Positions 1-9,772 of a stretch of DNA of 64,000 nt are shown here, one piece after another. Source of the DNA: Planctomycetota bacterium. Lineage in GTDB: Bacteria; Planctomycetota; SZUA-567; H5-PLA8. A model generated the notes under the pieces. The model was not told the DNA's origin. It was given only the letters and a program-made list of their open reading frames with translations, and did not search any database. Positions within the stretch are counted from its first letter, which is position 1. Every line of letters begins with the position of its first letter. The position numbers and the translations under genes were made by a program. The stretch lies in contig JACQFI010000070.1 in assembly GCA_016200135.1 (NCBI GenBank), positions 8,356 through 72,355 of the forward strand. Direction: 5' to 3'.

Positions 1-202
1 GGAACTCGACCCAGAGCGGCCGGGACGGCTGGGTAGCTTCGGGTTTCGCTGCGGCTACAGGGGTGTTGGGTTCGGACATCGCGGCCTCCACGGCTACTTA
101 TCAGACTATACGCCGATAGCTACGCACTGTCATGGCAAAAGGCGTGGCGCCTATTCCATTCCTTAAGACGAATTTGCGGCCGTAAAGCACCGCTAAATCC
201 GG

Positions 203-724
203 CTAGTGCTGCGCCCCGTCGGGCTCTTCGTTGCCCTTGGGGTAGTTGAACCCCACGTCCTTAAAGGGCTGGCCTTTGAGCTCAATGGTCAGAATCTTAC
301 CGTCGAACTCTTTGAGACCCTTCAGCTTGTCATCCTGCCCCTCGAACTGCGACGAATCGCCGACAGCCTCGCCCGTGAGCGTGCTGGCGACCGCCTTCAG
401 CTTGACTGGGAACGCCTCGGTTTTCGCGGGCGTCACGGCGATCTCGATCTCGGCCTGCTTGATGCGAATCGCGTTATCGGCTTCGCCGTCCAGGGCGTAT
501 GCGGTGAGCTTGCCCGACACGGGATCGAGGACGAGTTCCAGGTGCGCGAACTCCTCGCCGAACACCACCAGCGTGCCTTTGTGCGGCGCGTGATGTTCGT
601 GGACGGCCTCGGTCTTCGTCGCTTCCGTTTTGGCCGGCGTCTTGGCCGCGGTCTTGTCCGTCTGCGAACAGCCTGCGAGCGAAAGAGCGCTTCCCGCGAA
701 GATACTCACGATGGCAAGTTTCAT
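203..724 (-). CDS. Lipoprotein (signal peptide with LAGC lipobox) containing an HEHH histidine cluster; possible metal-binding periplasmic protein, last gene of the ABC operon
   Basis: N-terminal MKLAIVSIFAGSALSLAGC signal and lipobox. HEHHAPH motif. Same strand as, and 27 bp downstream of, the FtsX-type permease. Confidence 0.6.
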   Translation of the reverse strand: MKLAIVSIFAGSALSLAGCSQTDKTAAKTPAKTEATKTEAVHEHHAPHKGTLVVFGEEFAHLELVLDPVSGKLTAYALDGEADNAIRIKQAEIEIAVTPAKTEAFPVKLKAVASTLTGEAVGDSSQFEGQDDKLKGLKEFDGKILTIELKGQPFKDVGFNYPKGNEEPDGAQH

Positions 725-750
725 AGCTTGTCCCTTCTGTCTCGCATGGG

Positions 751-2034
751 CTAAGAGGTTGGCGTCAGATTGGACGCCACATCCGTTGAGTACGCCTTGA
801 TCGCCGGAACGACGCCGGCGAGCGCGCCGATCAGCACCATCGCTATAGGCGCTACCACAACAACGGGCAGGCTGGCCGAGCCGATCTCCAACTGCCCCGA
901 GCGGAGGATGTCGATCACGACGCCGGTCTGCTGTCGGATCACGACCGCCGCGCCTTCGATGATCACAGCGTAGACGCCGAAGCCGAGCAGGCTACCGAGC
1001 AGCGCGATCGCGGAGGCTTCGGTGACGATGGCCGAGAAGACCGTCCCCTTACGCGCGCCTAGCGCCCGCAGGATCGCGAACTCGCGGCGGCGCTCGTTCA
1101 TCGTGTTGTAGATGCTGGCCAGGATCGAGCCCGCCGCGACGGCGACGACGAGGTACGCGACCAGCGCGAGCACGCGGTCCACCCAGCCGATTTTCTCGAA
1201 GAGCTCCAGCATCACCTTGCCGATGGGCCACGCGAGCGTCGCGGCCTTGCCCTGCTTGTTGATCTGCTGTTCGAGCGCCATGCCCGCGAACTCGCTCTTG
1301 AGCTTCAACATCACGGCGCTCACTTCTTTCGCTTCGTCCGGGATGGGCTTGCCGGCCTCGGCTTTGTAGTCCTTGCCGGTCCCGCGCAGGGTGTGGCCGC
1401 CCATGCGGAAGAGCCCATCGATGGGAATCCAGATCACGCGGTCGTTGGGTGTGTTGGTCGGTTCGAGCACGCCGACGACGTGGTAAACCTCATTGTGGCG
1501 CAGCGTGGGGTCGTAGTCGAGCCCGTGGAACGGATTGAAGGTGTCGTTGACCTTGAGCCCTGTCTTTTCGGCGACATAGCTCCCGACGATGGCCTCGGCC
1601 AACGTGGGATCGAAGAAGACGCCGCCCGGTTTGAGCAGGAACTTCTTACCCTCCTGGTACTCGAACTTGGTGAAGAGTTCGTCGCTGGTGCCGACGATGC
1701 GGAAACCTTCGTAGTTGTCGCCGAGCGCGTAAGGAATCGCGAGTTCAACCTGCGGGTTCTTCTTTATTTCTTGGTACATCTTCCAAGGGATGTTGCCGGG
1801 CGAGGTCTCGAGGTGGAAGACGGTGTTCAGCACAAGCTGGAGCTGGCTGCCGCGCGCGCCAAGCACTGCGTCGTAGCCGATGTTCCCGCCGGTGAAGGCC
1901 TCGTGCGTCTGCGTCTTGATGCTGAAGACGGCCATCACCAGCCCGCAGGCCAGCGCGACCGAACCCACCGTAATGCAGGTCGAGAGCGCGTGCTGGCGCA
2001 GGCTGCGCCGGACCAGTAGGAGAATGCCGCTCAT
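751..2034 (-). CDS. ABC transporter permease, FtsX/MacB/LolC-type: one N-terminal TM helix, a large periplasmic domain and three C-terminal TM helices
   Basis: The ORF runs 751..2157. The most plausible start is Met42 (MSGILLLVRRSLRQ, start codon about 2032-2034), where an ATGA overlap joins it to the stop of the upstream ATPase. The TM pattern is typical of the FtsX family. Confidence 0.75.
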   Translation of the reverse strand: MSGILLLVRRSLRQHALSTCITVGSVALACGLVMAVFSIKTQTHEAFTGGNIGYDAVLGARGSQLQLVLNTVFHLETSPGNIPWKMYQEIKKNPQVELAIPYALGDNYEGFRIVGTSDELFTKFEYQEGKKFLLKPGGVFFDPTLAEAIVGSYVAEKTGLKVNDTFNPFHGLDYDPTLRHNEVYHVVGVLEPTNTPNDRVIWIPIDGLFRMGGHTLRGTGKDYKAEAGKPIPDEAKEVSAVMLKLKSEFAGMALEQQINKQGKAATLAWPIGKVMLELFEKIGWVDRVLALVAYLVVAVAAGSILASIYNTMNERRREFAILRALGARKGTVFSAIVTEASAIALLGSLLGFGVYAVIIEGAAVVIRQQTGVVIDILRSGQLEIGSASLPVVVVAPIAMVLIGALAGVVPAIKAYSTDVASNLTPTS

Positions 2035-2726
2035 GCCTTGGCCTCTCCTGCCGGAGCCTGCTCGGCCGCCCGGTTGATCTTCGCGAGTTCCTCCACCTTC
2101 TCGAACTGCGCGAGCACCTCGCGGTCGTGGCTTACTAAAAGGAGCGCCGCGCCACATTCTTTGCAGGTCTCGCGGATCAGCAGGAGCGAATCCTTGGCGA
2201 GGCGATGGTCGAGGTTGCCGGTGGGCTCGTCGGCGAGGACGAGCTTGGGCCGGTTGGCGACGGCGCGCGCGACCGCGACGCGCTGCTGCTGGCCCACGGA
2301 GAGCTGCCGCGGACGGTAGTGCAGGCGGTCCTTCAGGCCCACGTGTTCGAGCAATTGCCGGGCGCGGGCGGCATCGATGCCGGGGCCAAACATCATCCCC
2401 AGTTCGACGTTCTCCAGCGCCGTGAACCCTTGCAGCAGATTAAAGGTCTGGAAGACATAGCCTATGGCGTTGGCGCGCGCGGCGTCGCGGCCGGACTCGC
2501 TCATACCGGTCATCGCGTGCCCGGCGACGGTGATCTTGCCCTCGTCGGCCTGCAAAATGCCCGCGATCAGGTTCAGGAAGGTCGTCTTGCCCGAACCGCT
2601 CGAGCCCGCCAGCGCGATCTGCGCGCCTTCTTCAAGGGAGAACGCGGGCACGTCGATGATGGGCGTGCGTTCGCCGTCCGGCGAGACGAAGCTCTTCTTC
2701 AGTCCGGCGATCTGGAGGACGGGCAT
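2031..2726 (-). CDS. ABC transporter ATP-binding protein (LolD/MacB-like)
   Basis: Walker A GSSGSGKTT, Q-loop, signature LSVGQQQRVAVARA, Walker B LVLADEPTGNLD, H-loop SHD. Its stop overlaps the permease start. Confidence 0.9.
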   Translation of the reverse strand: MPVLQIAGLKKSFVSPDGERTPIIDVPAFSLEEGAQIALAGSSGSGKTTFLNLIAGILQADEGKITVAGHAMTGMSESGRDAARANAIGYVFQTFNLLQGFTALENVELGMMFGPGIDAARARQLLEHVGLKDRLHYRPRQLSVGQQQRVAVARAVANRPKLVLADEPTGNLDHRLAKDSLLLIRETCKECGAALLLVSHDREVLAQFEKVEELAKINRAAEQAPAGEAKA

Positions 2727-2944
2727 GCGAAATCGCTTTCAGGTTCGGGCCGCGTAGGTAGCGCAGGCATCCTTGCCTGCCGTCTCGCAGGCTTTCAGCC
2801 TGCGCGCGTTACCCCACGCATCGGGACTCGAAAAGACCCGCAGGCAAGTTGCCTCGGGATGGGCAGGCCGGAAGCCTGCGCTACTTTGCGGCATGTCGAT
2901 TAGACGGCGTAGTCTCGCGCCCCTGCGAAGAAAAATCAAGACTA

Positions 2945-2962
2945 TTGATAATGACTTATCAA
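2945..2962. promoter_or_regulatory. Perfect inverted repeat TTGATAA-TGAC-TTATCAA in the divergent promoter region between the ABC operon and the Fur-family gene; candidate Fur/Zur-type operator
   Basis: The palindrome is read directly. It lies 30 bp upstream of the Fur-family start codon. A related copy sits at 6800..6825. Confidence 0.45.
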
Positions 2963-2991
2963 AATTGCATTCGCGCTGCCGTCACGCTAAC

Positions 2992-3372
2992 ATGCGCCGC
3001 ATGGAACGAAAGACGATCCAGCGACAGGCCATCCGTGACGCGATCATCGAGGCCTCGCGCCCGCTCTCGCCGCAGGAAGTGCTCGACGGCGCGCGCGGCC
3101 ACGTCAAGAATCTCGGCATCGCGACCGTCTACCGCACGCTCAAGTCGCTCCTGGCCGAAGGCGCCGTGCAGGCGGTCGACCTGCCCGGCGAACCGCCGCG
3201 CTACGAGCCCGCGGGCAAGCACCATCACCACCACTTCCGCTGCCGCGCCTGCAACAAGGTCTACGAGATCGACGGCTGCCCGAAGAACCTCAAGCGCATC
3301 GCCCCGCGCGGCTTCCGCGTCGAGAGCCACGACCTGACGCTCTTCGGCGTCTGCGCCCGCTGCGCGACCTGA
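2992..3372 (+). CDS. Fur-family metalloregulator (Zur/Fur-like)
   Basis: Winged-helix N-terminus (IRDAIIEASRPLSPQEVL...ATVYRTLK) and metal sites HHHHHFRCRACNKV...CPKN...CARC. It sits next to metal-uptake genes. The ORF track begins at 2773, but the Fur homology starts at MRRMERK. Confidence 0.85.
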   Translation: MRRMERKTIQRQAIRDAIIEASRPLSPQEVLDGARGHVKNLGIATVYRTLKSLLAEGAVQAVDLPGEPPRYEPAGKHHHHHFRCRACNKVYEIDGCPKNLKRIAPRGFRVESHDLTLFGVCARCAT

Positions 3373-3432
3373 AAGCCGGCTCGCGGTTCATAGCTTGCGG
3401 TTTCACTTCATCCGCGCGCTGTGAGCCGCGCG

Positions 3433-4326
3433 CTATGCGGTTCGCAGTTGCGGTCTCGCCAGCACCACAACTCGGCTGAACAACCAGACCAGGCCCAGCA
3501 CCACGATCTGCGCCGCAGAGGTCGGCAGGTTCCAGTCTTCCAGAACATACGAGGCATAGAAGCCGCCGAAACCGCAGGTAATTCCCAGGAGCGGCGCGAG
3601 CAGGTAGAGCTCGCGCATCCGGCGCACGAACGGCAACACGGTGACTGGCGGCAGCACCAGGAACGCGAAGATCGCGAGCGGTCCCGCGCACAGGCCCCCG
3701 AGAGCGATGGTGACGCACACCAGTGCCATGGCCAGCGCATTCAGTCCTCGAGCAGGCAGGCCCGTCGCATACGCCATGCGGCGGTCGTAGAGGACCATCT
3801 GCAGGGGATGCCGCAGCAGAAAGAGCACCGCAGCCACGGCCGCGAAACCAATGGACAAGCAAACAAGCAACCCGTTCGAGATGGCGAGGATCTCGCCCTT
3901 GAGCAGGTCCAGAATGCCGAGTTCCGTGATGAGATTGCTGGCCGCGAGCGCCAGCGTCAGGCCAAAGGCGAGCGCGAAGACCGCCCCGGTCTCGGAATTC
4001 TGCGGCGCGGCTGCGCGGCGTTCGAGCAGTAGGAGCAGCCCGAGCGTCAGCGCCATCGCAACGAAAGCTCCGCCGAGTCCCCAGAAGAAGAACGGCACGG
4101 CGCCGGGATGATCGTGAGTGATGTGGGAACCGAGGAACACGCTAAGCCACGCCGTAAAGGCTACACCCATGCCGCCGGCCTCCGGCAGCGCCAGCGCTAG
4201 GATCGCGCGGCGGCTCAGTACGAGATGGATGCCCGCGAGTGGGACCACCGCGCCGATAAGGATGCTGGCGTAGACGGAGTTCCGCAAGACGAAGTGCGGA
4301 TCGAGGATCTCGAGAAGCTTTTCCAT
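3433..4326 (-). CDS. Metal ABC transporter permease, ABC-3 family (ZnuB/TroC/MntB-like)
   Basis: Polytopic membrane protein beginning MEKLLEILDPHFVLRNSVYASILIG. The start codon overlaps the stop of the upstream SBP gene by 1 nt. The longer track ORF to 4686 is an in-frame read-through. Confidence 0.8.
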   Translation of the reverse strand: MEKLLEILDPHFVLRNSVYASILIGAVVPLAGIHLVLSRRAILALALPEAGGMGVAFTAWLSVFLGSHITHDHPGAVPFFFWGLGGAFVAMALTLGLLLLLERRAAAPQNSETGAVFALAFGLTLALAASNLITELGILDLLKGEILAISNGLLVCLSIGFAAVAAVLFLLRHPLQMVLYDRRMAYATGLPARGLNALAMALVCVTIALGGLCAGPLAIFAFLVLPPVTVLPFVRRMRELYLLAPLLGITCGFGGFYASYVLEDWNLPTSAAQIVVLGLVWLFSRVVVLARPQLRTA

Positions 4327-5258
4327 CACTTGACGCCCGCCGCTTCCAGAAGCGCCTGGATGTTTGCGTCCACGGTTTCGATCCACGTTTTCGCTTCCGG
4401 ATGCCCGCCGACCATGACCGCCACTTTGGCTACCTTTGCGCCCGTCTTCTGTGCGATATCGTTCGGAAGTTTTTCCGAGTATTGCGGCTCGCGGATGACG
4501 ATCTTCACGCCCTGCGCCTTCATGTCCTCGATAAGCTGCGCGGTGTGGCTGCTCGACGGCGGCACGCCCGGCTTGGGCTCGATCTCGCCGATGGTCGTCA
4601 TACCAAGGTACTCGACCAGGTAGATCATGTCGCGGTGGTACGAGACGCACTTGATGCCCTTGAGCTTTTCCGCGGCGGCCTGCCATTCCTTTTCCTTGGC
4701 CGCAATCTTTTCCAGGTACTTCGCGAGGTTGGCCTCGAAGTCCTTCGCGTATTGCGGCGCGTTGGCAGACAGCCCGTTGGCGATATTTGTCGCCATGGCT
4801 TTTCCCTTACTGGGATCAACGTTGAGGTGAGGATTGCCTTGGGGATGCTGCTCCCCTTCCTTTCGGCTAAGGTCCTGCGGCACTTCCCGTGGCAGTACGC
4901 CGTCCGAAACGATGATGTCGCCTATGCCTTTATGGTCCTGCTGAATTTTTTGATTATTGGAAGTTTCAACCAAAGCAGGCACCCAAGCGTGTTCCGCGCC
5001 TAAACCTAACTCGATCAATACGTCGGCTTGGGCCAACTTTGCAACAATACTTGGACGCACGGGCACGCCATGAATGTCTTCGATTCCTTTCGTGAGGCTC
5101 TCAACCTCTACATGGTTCCCACCGATCTCCCTGGCCATGTCGGCAAAATCAGGCATGGTCGTTACAACTTTCAGCTTCTTACCTTCTTCGGCGTACAGGA
5201 AGCGAGAGTTTGGAGTCAACAGCAGCGTTGCTAATGCAATCCAGATGAAACGGCGCAT
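4326..5258 (-). CDS. Periplasmic metal-binding protein, TroA/ZnuA family (cluster 9 SBP), with a His-rich loop
   Basis: Signal peptide MRRFIWIALATLLLT. His-rich segment EGEQHPQGNPH. Class A SBP fold features. Co-directional with the ABC-3 permease. Confidence 0.8.
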   Translation of the reverse strand: MRRFIWIALATLLLTPNSRFLYAEEGKKLKVVTTMPDFADMAREIGGNHVEVESLTKGIEDIHGVPVRPSIVAKLAQADVLIELGLGAEHAWVPALVETSNNQKIQQDHKGIGDIIVSDGVLPREVPQDLSRKEGEQHPQGNPHLNVDPSKGKAMATNIANGLSANAPQYAKDFEANLAKYLEKIAAKEKEWQAAAEKLKGIKCVSYHRDMIYLVEYLGMTTIGEIEPKPGVPPSSSHTAQLIEDMKAQGVKIVIREPQYSEKLPNDIAQKTGAKVAKVAVMVGGHPEAKTWIETVDANIQALLEAAGVK

Positions 5259-5285
5259 TCTTTATCCTTTCATTATTCTCGATGT

Positions 5286-6735
5286 TTAGCGCATATCAAA
5301 GTTATGGGTATGCGCGCCCCAAAAGACCATCCACTGAAGAAAGAATTCGTTCGCGGAATGCCCATCATGATACTCGTGGCGGCTGCCTTGAAAGCGTATC
5401 AGACTAAACTCCGTGAACTTGTACGTCGTGAATAAAGAGTACGTCTGATCGTAGGTATGGCGCGTATTAGCACGGGACGAGGTGGGATCGGTCGGCTGAA
5501 ACAGGTCGGCGCTTGCGCCCAGCGACCAATGGCGGCTCAAGAAATACTCAACATACGAATACCCACCGTAGCCCGTGTTCCAACGTCGATTTTGGCGTGT
5601 CGCGACGGTGTCAGGAGCCCCGTCGCCGTCTGTGTCAACGTTGAAATCACGTAGGAATGTGTTGTGAACTTCGTTACGGAGCAGTTCCGTGCCCCAAACG
5701 AGCTTTTCTCTCAAGGGCGACCCGGTGGGATGCCATTTGTAAGTAAACTCAATGTTTGTGAGGTTGCGGCGCATGGCTTGGTCAGGAACTTGGATTGTGC
5801 TGGCACCCAGTTCGAAGGTGTGAGTATCGCCGATATCGAAGGAGGTGAGCATCTTCAGAGCGTAGGTGAGTTCGGCGCCGTTGCGCCGGCTGTTGGTCGC
5901 ATCAGTGCCATCGAGCGGGTGCAGTAATGGGAATTCGGCCCCTACCTTGTTGAAAATGCCGCCGGTTACTAGAAAAAAGTGCTTGATGGGAATCAAGGCC
6001 TGTACCTGCACGCCATCCCCGGCGCTCTCACCTCCCACGTAGGTATCCAACACGCGAGGCCGAGTCACGAATGGCAATGCGTCGTCGTGGAAAGCCGAGA
6101 GGCGACCGAAAGGCACAAAGAATCGTCCTCCCTTGACTGAAACATGGCTCAATGAGGTCGTGTAGATGGCGGCTTCTTCGACAGTCGGCACAGCCTCGTC
6201 GTTGCTGGCGGCGTCCGCTGCTCCATTCAAAACCATGTATGTCTTGAAGAACGTGTCCACGTCGGCGCTAAAGACCAATTCGGCTCCGCGCATATTGAAA
6301 TCCTGACCGGCCGGACGTTCCGCTTTGCTGTTGGGACCATCGAAGGACCTAAACGAGGTATTTAAGGAAGCGCCGACGGCCATGTTCAGATCGCCTGGCT
6401 TCTTGCGCGTGGCGGCTTTGAGCGCGTCCGCCGACTGCTGTTCCACCTTTTGCAGCCGCGCAAGCACGTCTCCGGCGGGTCCGGCGGCGATCTTTCCGCC
6501 GCCGGGCTTATAGACCGAGAGCAGGTTGTCCTGCTCCTTGAGTTTCCTGTTTTGGTCCTGGATCGTCTGGTCCTGCGCCTCGAGCTTCTTCTCCTGCGCG
6601 TCCACCTTTTCACTCAAGGTCTTGAGCTGCTCCAGCACTGCCCGGTATCCCGGCTCGACTTCCTCCGCGGCGCGTCCCCGCGCCCAAGCCCCAACCGTCA
6701 GGACGGCGGCCCAAAGGATTCGGTATCGGGTCATT
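5286..6735 (-). CDS. Outer-membrane porin-like protein with an N-terminal coiled coil, first gene of the metal-uptake operon
   Basis: Signal peptide MTRYRILWAAVLTVGAWA. Coiled-coil heptads (LEQLKTLSEKVDAQEKKLEAQDQTIQDQNRKLKEQ). Alternating beta-strand-like C-terminal body ending in aromatic residues. Preceded by a Fur-box-like palindrome. Confidence 0.6.
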
Positions 6736-6799
6736 GCATGCTTCCTTTCCGGAACCTTCGTCAGGCATCTTGCCCCACGCACGGAGCACTTATATGCTA

Positions 6800-6825
6800 T
6801 TGATAAATCAGTATCAATTATCAAT
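6800..6825. promoter_or_regulatory. Candidate Fur/Zur box TTGATAAATCAGTATCAATTATCAATA upstream of the porin/znuA/znuB operon
   Basis: It shares the half-sites TTGATAA and TATCAA with the palindrome at 2945..2962. It lies in an AT-rich promoter region 65-90 bp upstream of the porin start. Confidence 0.4.
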
Positions 6826-6910
6826 AAGTAGTCAAGCAAATTCGCTGCAATATTTCAAATCGCTAGCAGACGCGATGGTTGGGGTGGGAGCGCGCGCGGC
6901 ACGGCGGGTC

Positions 6911-9772
6911 TTACTTCGTGGCGGCTTTGGCCTTCAGGATCAGTTCGCGGTACCCGGCCCACTGTGCTTTTTGCGCGGGCGCGTCCTTCTCAAGTTGCGT
7001 AAGAAACTCGAGGGCCTCGTCGAAGCGCGCCAAGCCCGCAAGCGCGCGCAGGCGTTCCACGCTCAGGCCCGGATCCTTCGGATAGAATTTCAGAGCCTCA
7101 TCGGCGGTGGCGAGCGCCTCGGCATGCTTCCTTCCAAGAACGAGCAACTCGGCTTTTAAATGCAGCAGCGTGATATTGTAGGGCGCGTCTTTTAGCCCCG
7201 CTTCGAGCTCCTTTTGCGCGCCCGCAAAATCTTTGGCGACCATGCTCATGTAGGCGGTGTACGCCCGGACCTGGGGATAGGTGGGATTGGCTTTGCGCCA
7301 GCGTTCGTAAAGTTCCGCATTCTCCGCGGCGTGGCCGAGGCTGTTGCCCAGATTCAGGTAATTGGCGATGAGCGGCGGCCATTCGTAGGCGTCGGCCACG
7401 ACTTCGCCGATCAGCTTATACGCGGTGGCGCGGTCTCCCGCTTGCGCCGCGCGCTGGGCCTCCCATTCTTTTAGGAGCATTGGCGAGGCCTTCAGCCGCC
7501 GCGCCGCGGCGAGGTCCTGTTCGGCGCCCGCGGCGTCGCCAGCGCTTAAGCGCGCGCTGGCCCGGTGCAGGAACCGGTTGCCGTTGTTGGGTTCGAGTTC
7601 AACGGTACGCTCGATCAGCTTGCGCGCCTCGGCCTGATCCTCTGGGTAGCGCCCCAGCGTCAACGCGAGCCAGCTTACGGCCTCGGCTTGCCGCGGCGCG
7701 AGATCGACGGCCTTGCGGAATTCAGGGATGCTTATCTCGCGCAGCGTCGAAGGCGGCAGAACCCCGTCCTCAGACATTTCACGCGCGATGTACCCGACCG
7801 CGAAATGGGTCTCCCACAGGTGCGGCGCGGCGAGCAGCGCGTCGTCGGCGAGCCGCTGCGCCTCCTTCAGGTTGCGGTTATGCGCGAGCCGGAAGATCTT
7901 GCCCACGATTGCGAGCGGATCGTTGGCCCCGTTGTTCTCGGCGCGCTCGAAGGCGTCCTCCGCCTCCTTATAGAAGCCCGCGCCGTCGAAGGCGAAGCCC
8001 GCGTACACGATCGCCTGCAGGTTCGGGCGGTTCGCGAGCTTGCGCGAGAGTTCGTCGGCCTTGAGGTACGCCAGTGCGGCCTCGTGCGGCGAACCGCTGA
8101 AGCGGAGCGACTCTGCCAGCGCGAACTGCGCCTCCGGGAAGTCCGGATCGATCGCCAGGGCGCGCTTCAGGTCTTCGGCCGCGCGCTCGGGCAGTTGCCC
8201 GCGCATGAGCAAGTCCATGGACCGCGCGTAGGGCTCGAAGGCTCGCAGCCTGCGCTGGGCTTTTTCGGAACTGGCGGCGAGGACCTTCTGCTTCTGGAGT
8301 TCCGCCTGGAGCTTTTCGGATTCGGCCTGGAGGCGCTTCGAGTCGGACGCCTGCGCGCGCAGGCGGTCGGCTTGCGCTTCGTCCTGCGCGTTGCGGGCCT
8401 CGCGTTCCTTGCCGGCCACGATTATTGCGGCGATCGTGAGCGTCAGCAGCAGCAGCCCAGCCGCCGCGCCCGTGATGGCCACGCCGGTGCGATGCCGGCG
8501 CGCGAAGCGGCGCAGCCGGTCCAGCGAAGTATCCGGCAGCGCGCTGACGGCCTCGCCCGCGGCGAAGGCGCGCAGGTCGCGCAGCAGGTGCTTGGCGTTG
8601 CGGTAGCGTTCCTTGCGCGACTTCTCGAGGCACTTCTCCGTGATCGCCACCAGCGCGGCGGGAAGCTGCTTGCCCGCGCCGGTGCGCCGGAGCGGGGTGA
8701 ACTTTCCGTGCGCCGCGTTGCTGACGGTGTCCTCGACCGATTTGCCACGTATCGGCGCGTGGCCGGTGAGAAGCGCATAGAGCACGCCGCCGAGCCCGAA
8801 GATGTCGGCGCCCTCGTCGAGGGGATCGCCGGCGGCCTGCTCGGGCGACATGTACTCCGGCGTGCCGACGGTCAGCCCGTCGAGCGTCAGGTCCTTGCCG
8901 AGGTCCTGCCGCACCGACTTGACCTCGGTCGCGCGCGATTTGATCGTTCCCGAGCCGTCCTTTTCCTTGATGGCCTTGGCCAGGCCCCAATCGAGCACCC
9001 ACACTTCGCCGTGCGAACCGATCATCACGTTGCTGGGCTTCAGGTCGCGGTGCAGGATGCCCTTCGAATGCGCGAAGCCGACGGTCTCGCAGACGCGCTC
9101 GAAGATCGAGAGCAGCCGCGTGAGCGGGTATTCCTCGAGCGTCTCCGCGTCGCCGGCGTGCCAATTGCGGACGATCTGATCCAGCGGCAGGCCGGTCACC
9201 AGCTTCATGCTGAAGAACGCGCGGCCTTCGGCATCCTGTCCGAGGAAGTGGACCGGGACGATGCCGGGATGTTCGAGCTGGCCGGTGACTTGCGCTTCTT
9301 CGGTAAAGCGCAGCCGGCGCCCATCGTCGCCTTGCGCTTCGGGGCGCAGGATCTTGATGGCGACCTCGCGGCGCAACGAGGCATCGCGGCCGCGCAGCAC
9401 CAGCCCCATGCCGCCGCGTCCGATCTCTTCGAGGATCTCGTACGGGCCCAGCTTGGAAGGCGTCGTAAAGGATGGGGCGGCCGGGCGCGGTTCAGGCGGC
9501 GGGGGCGCCGGGGCGGGCGTGCCGGGCTTCCCCGCGGTTCGTGTGGAGACCGCCAGGGTCTCTTGCTCGTGCCACGACGGCGTGCTGCGCGAGCCAGCCG
9601 CGGGGGTGCGCCGCGCTTCGCCGGTGCGTCTGGCCGGCGTGAGGTTTTTGCTGGAACTCATGGTACCGCATGCGGGGCAGCGCGAAGGCGCGCCGGTCTT
9701 CACCGCCGCTACGGCGTAGGGGGTCTTGCACTTATCGCAGACGATTTGGATCGAAGCCACCTTTACCGCCAT
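6911..9772 (-). CDS. Ser/Thr protein kinase (Hanks-type) with an N-terminal zinc-ribbon, a TM helix, a coiled coil and a C-terminal TPR domain
   Basis: CDKCKTPY...CPACG zinc ribbon. Kinase motifs GRGGMGLVL, VAIK, HRDLKPSNVMI, DWGLAK, GTPEYMSPE. TM segment VAITGAAAGLLLLTLTIAAIIVA. TPR-like repeats to the C-terminus. Confidence 0.9.
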   Translation of the reverse strand: MAVKVASIQIVCDKCKTPYAVAAVKTGAPSRCPACGTMSSSKNLTPARRTGEARRTPAAGSRSTPSWHEQETLAVSTRTAGKPGTPAPAPPPPEPRPAAPSFTTPSKLGPYEILEEIGRGGMGLVLRGRDASLRREVAIKILRPEAQGDDGRRLRFTEEAQVTGQLEHPGIVPVHFLGQDAEGRAFFSMKLVTGLPLDQIVRNWHAGDAETLEEYPLTRLLSIFERVCETVGFAHSKGILHRDLKPSNVMIGSHGEVWVLDWGLAKAIKEKDGSGTIKSRATEVKSVRQDLGKDLTLDGLTVGTPEYMSPEQAAGDPLDEGADIFGLGGVLYALLTGHAPIRGKSVEDTVSNAAHGKFTPLRRTGAGKQLPAALVAITEKCLEKSRKERYRNAKHLLRDLRAFAAGEAVSALPDTSLDRLRRFARRHRTGVAITGAAAGLLLLTLTIAAIIVAGKEREARNAQDEAQADRLRAQASDSKRLQAESEKLQAELQKQKVLAASSEKAQRRLRAFEPYARSMDLLMRGQLPERAAEDLKRALAIDPDFPEAQFALAESLRFSGSPHEAALAYLKADELSRKLANRPNLQAIVYAGFAFDGAGFYKEAEDAFERAENNGANDPLAIVGKIFRLAHNRNLKEAQRLADDALLAAPHLWETHFAVGYIAREMSEDGVLPPSTLREISIPEFRKAVDLAPRQAEAVSWLALTLGRYPEDQAEARKLIERTVELEPNNGNRFLHRASARLSAGDAAGAEQDLAAARRLKASPMLLKEWEAQRAAQAGDRATAYKLIGEVVADAYEWPPLIANYLNLGNSLGHAAENAELYERWRKANPTYPQVRAYTAYMSMVAKDFAGAQKELEAGLKDAPYNITLLHLKAELLVLGRKHAEALATADEALKFYPKDPGLSVERLRALAGLARFDEALEFLTQLEKDAPAQKAQWAGYRELILKAKAATK

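Noticed and set aside
3408-4686. Alternative overlapping ORFs (3408..3740, 3421..4032) and the 5' extension of the 3433..4686 ORF
   Set aside because: The ABC-3 permease homology and a start codon overlapping the upstream SBP stop define the gene as 3433..4326. The rest is read-through and shadow.
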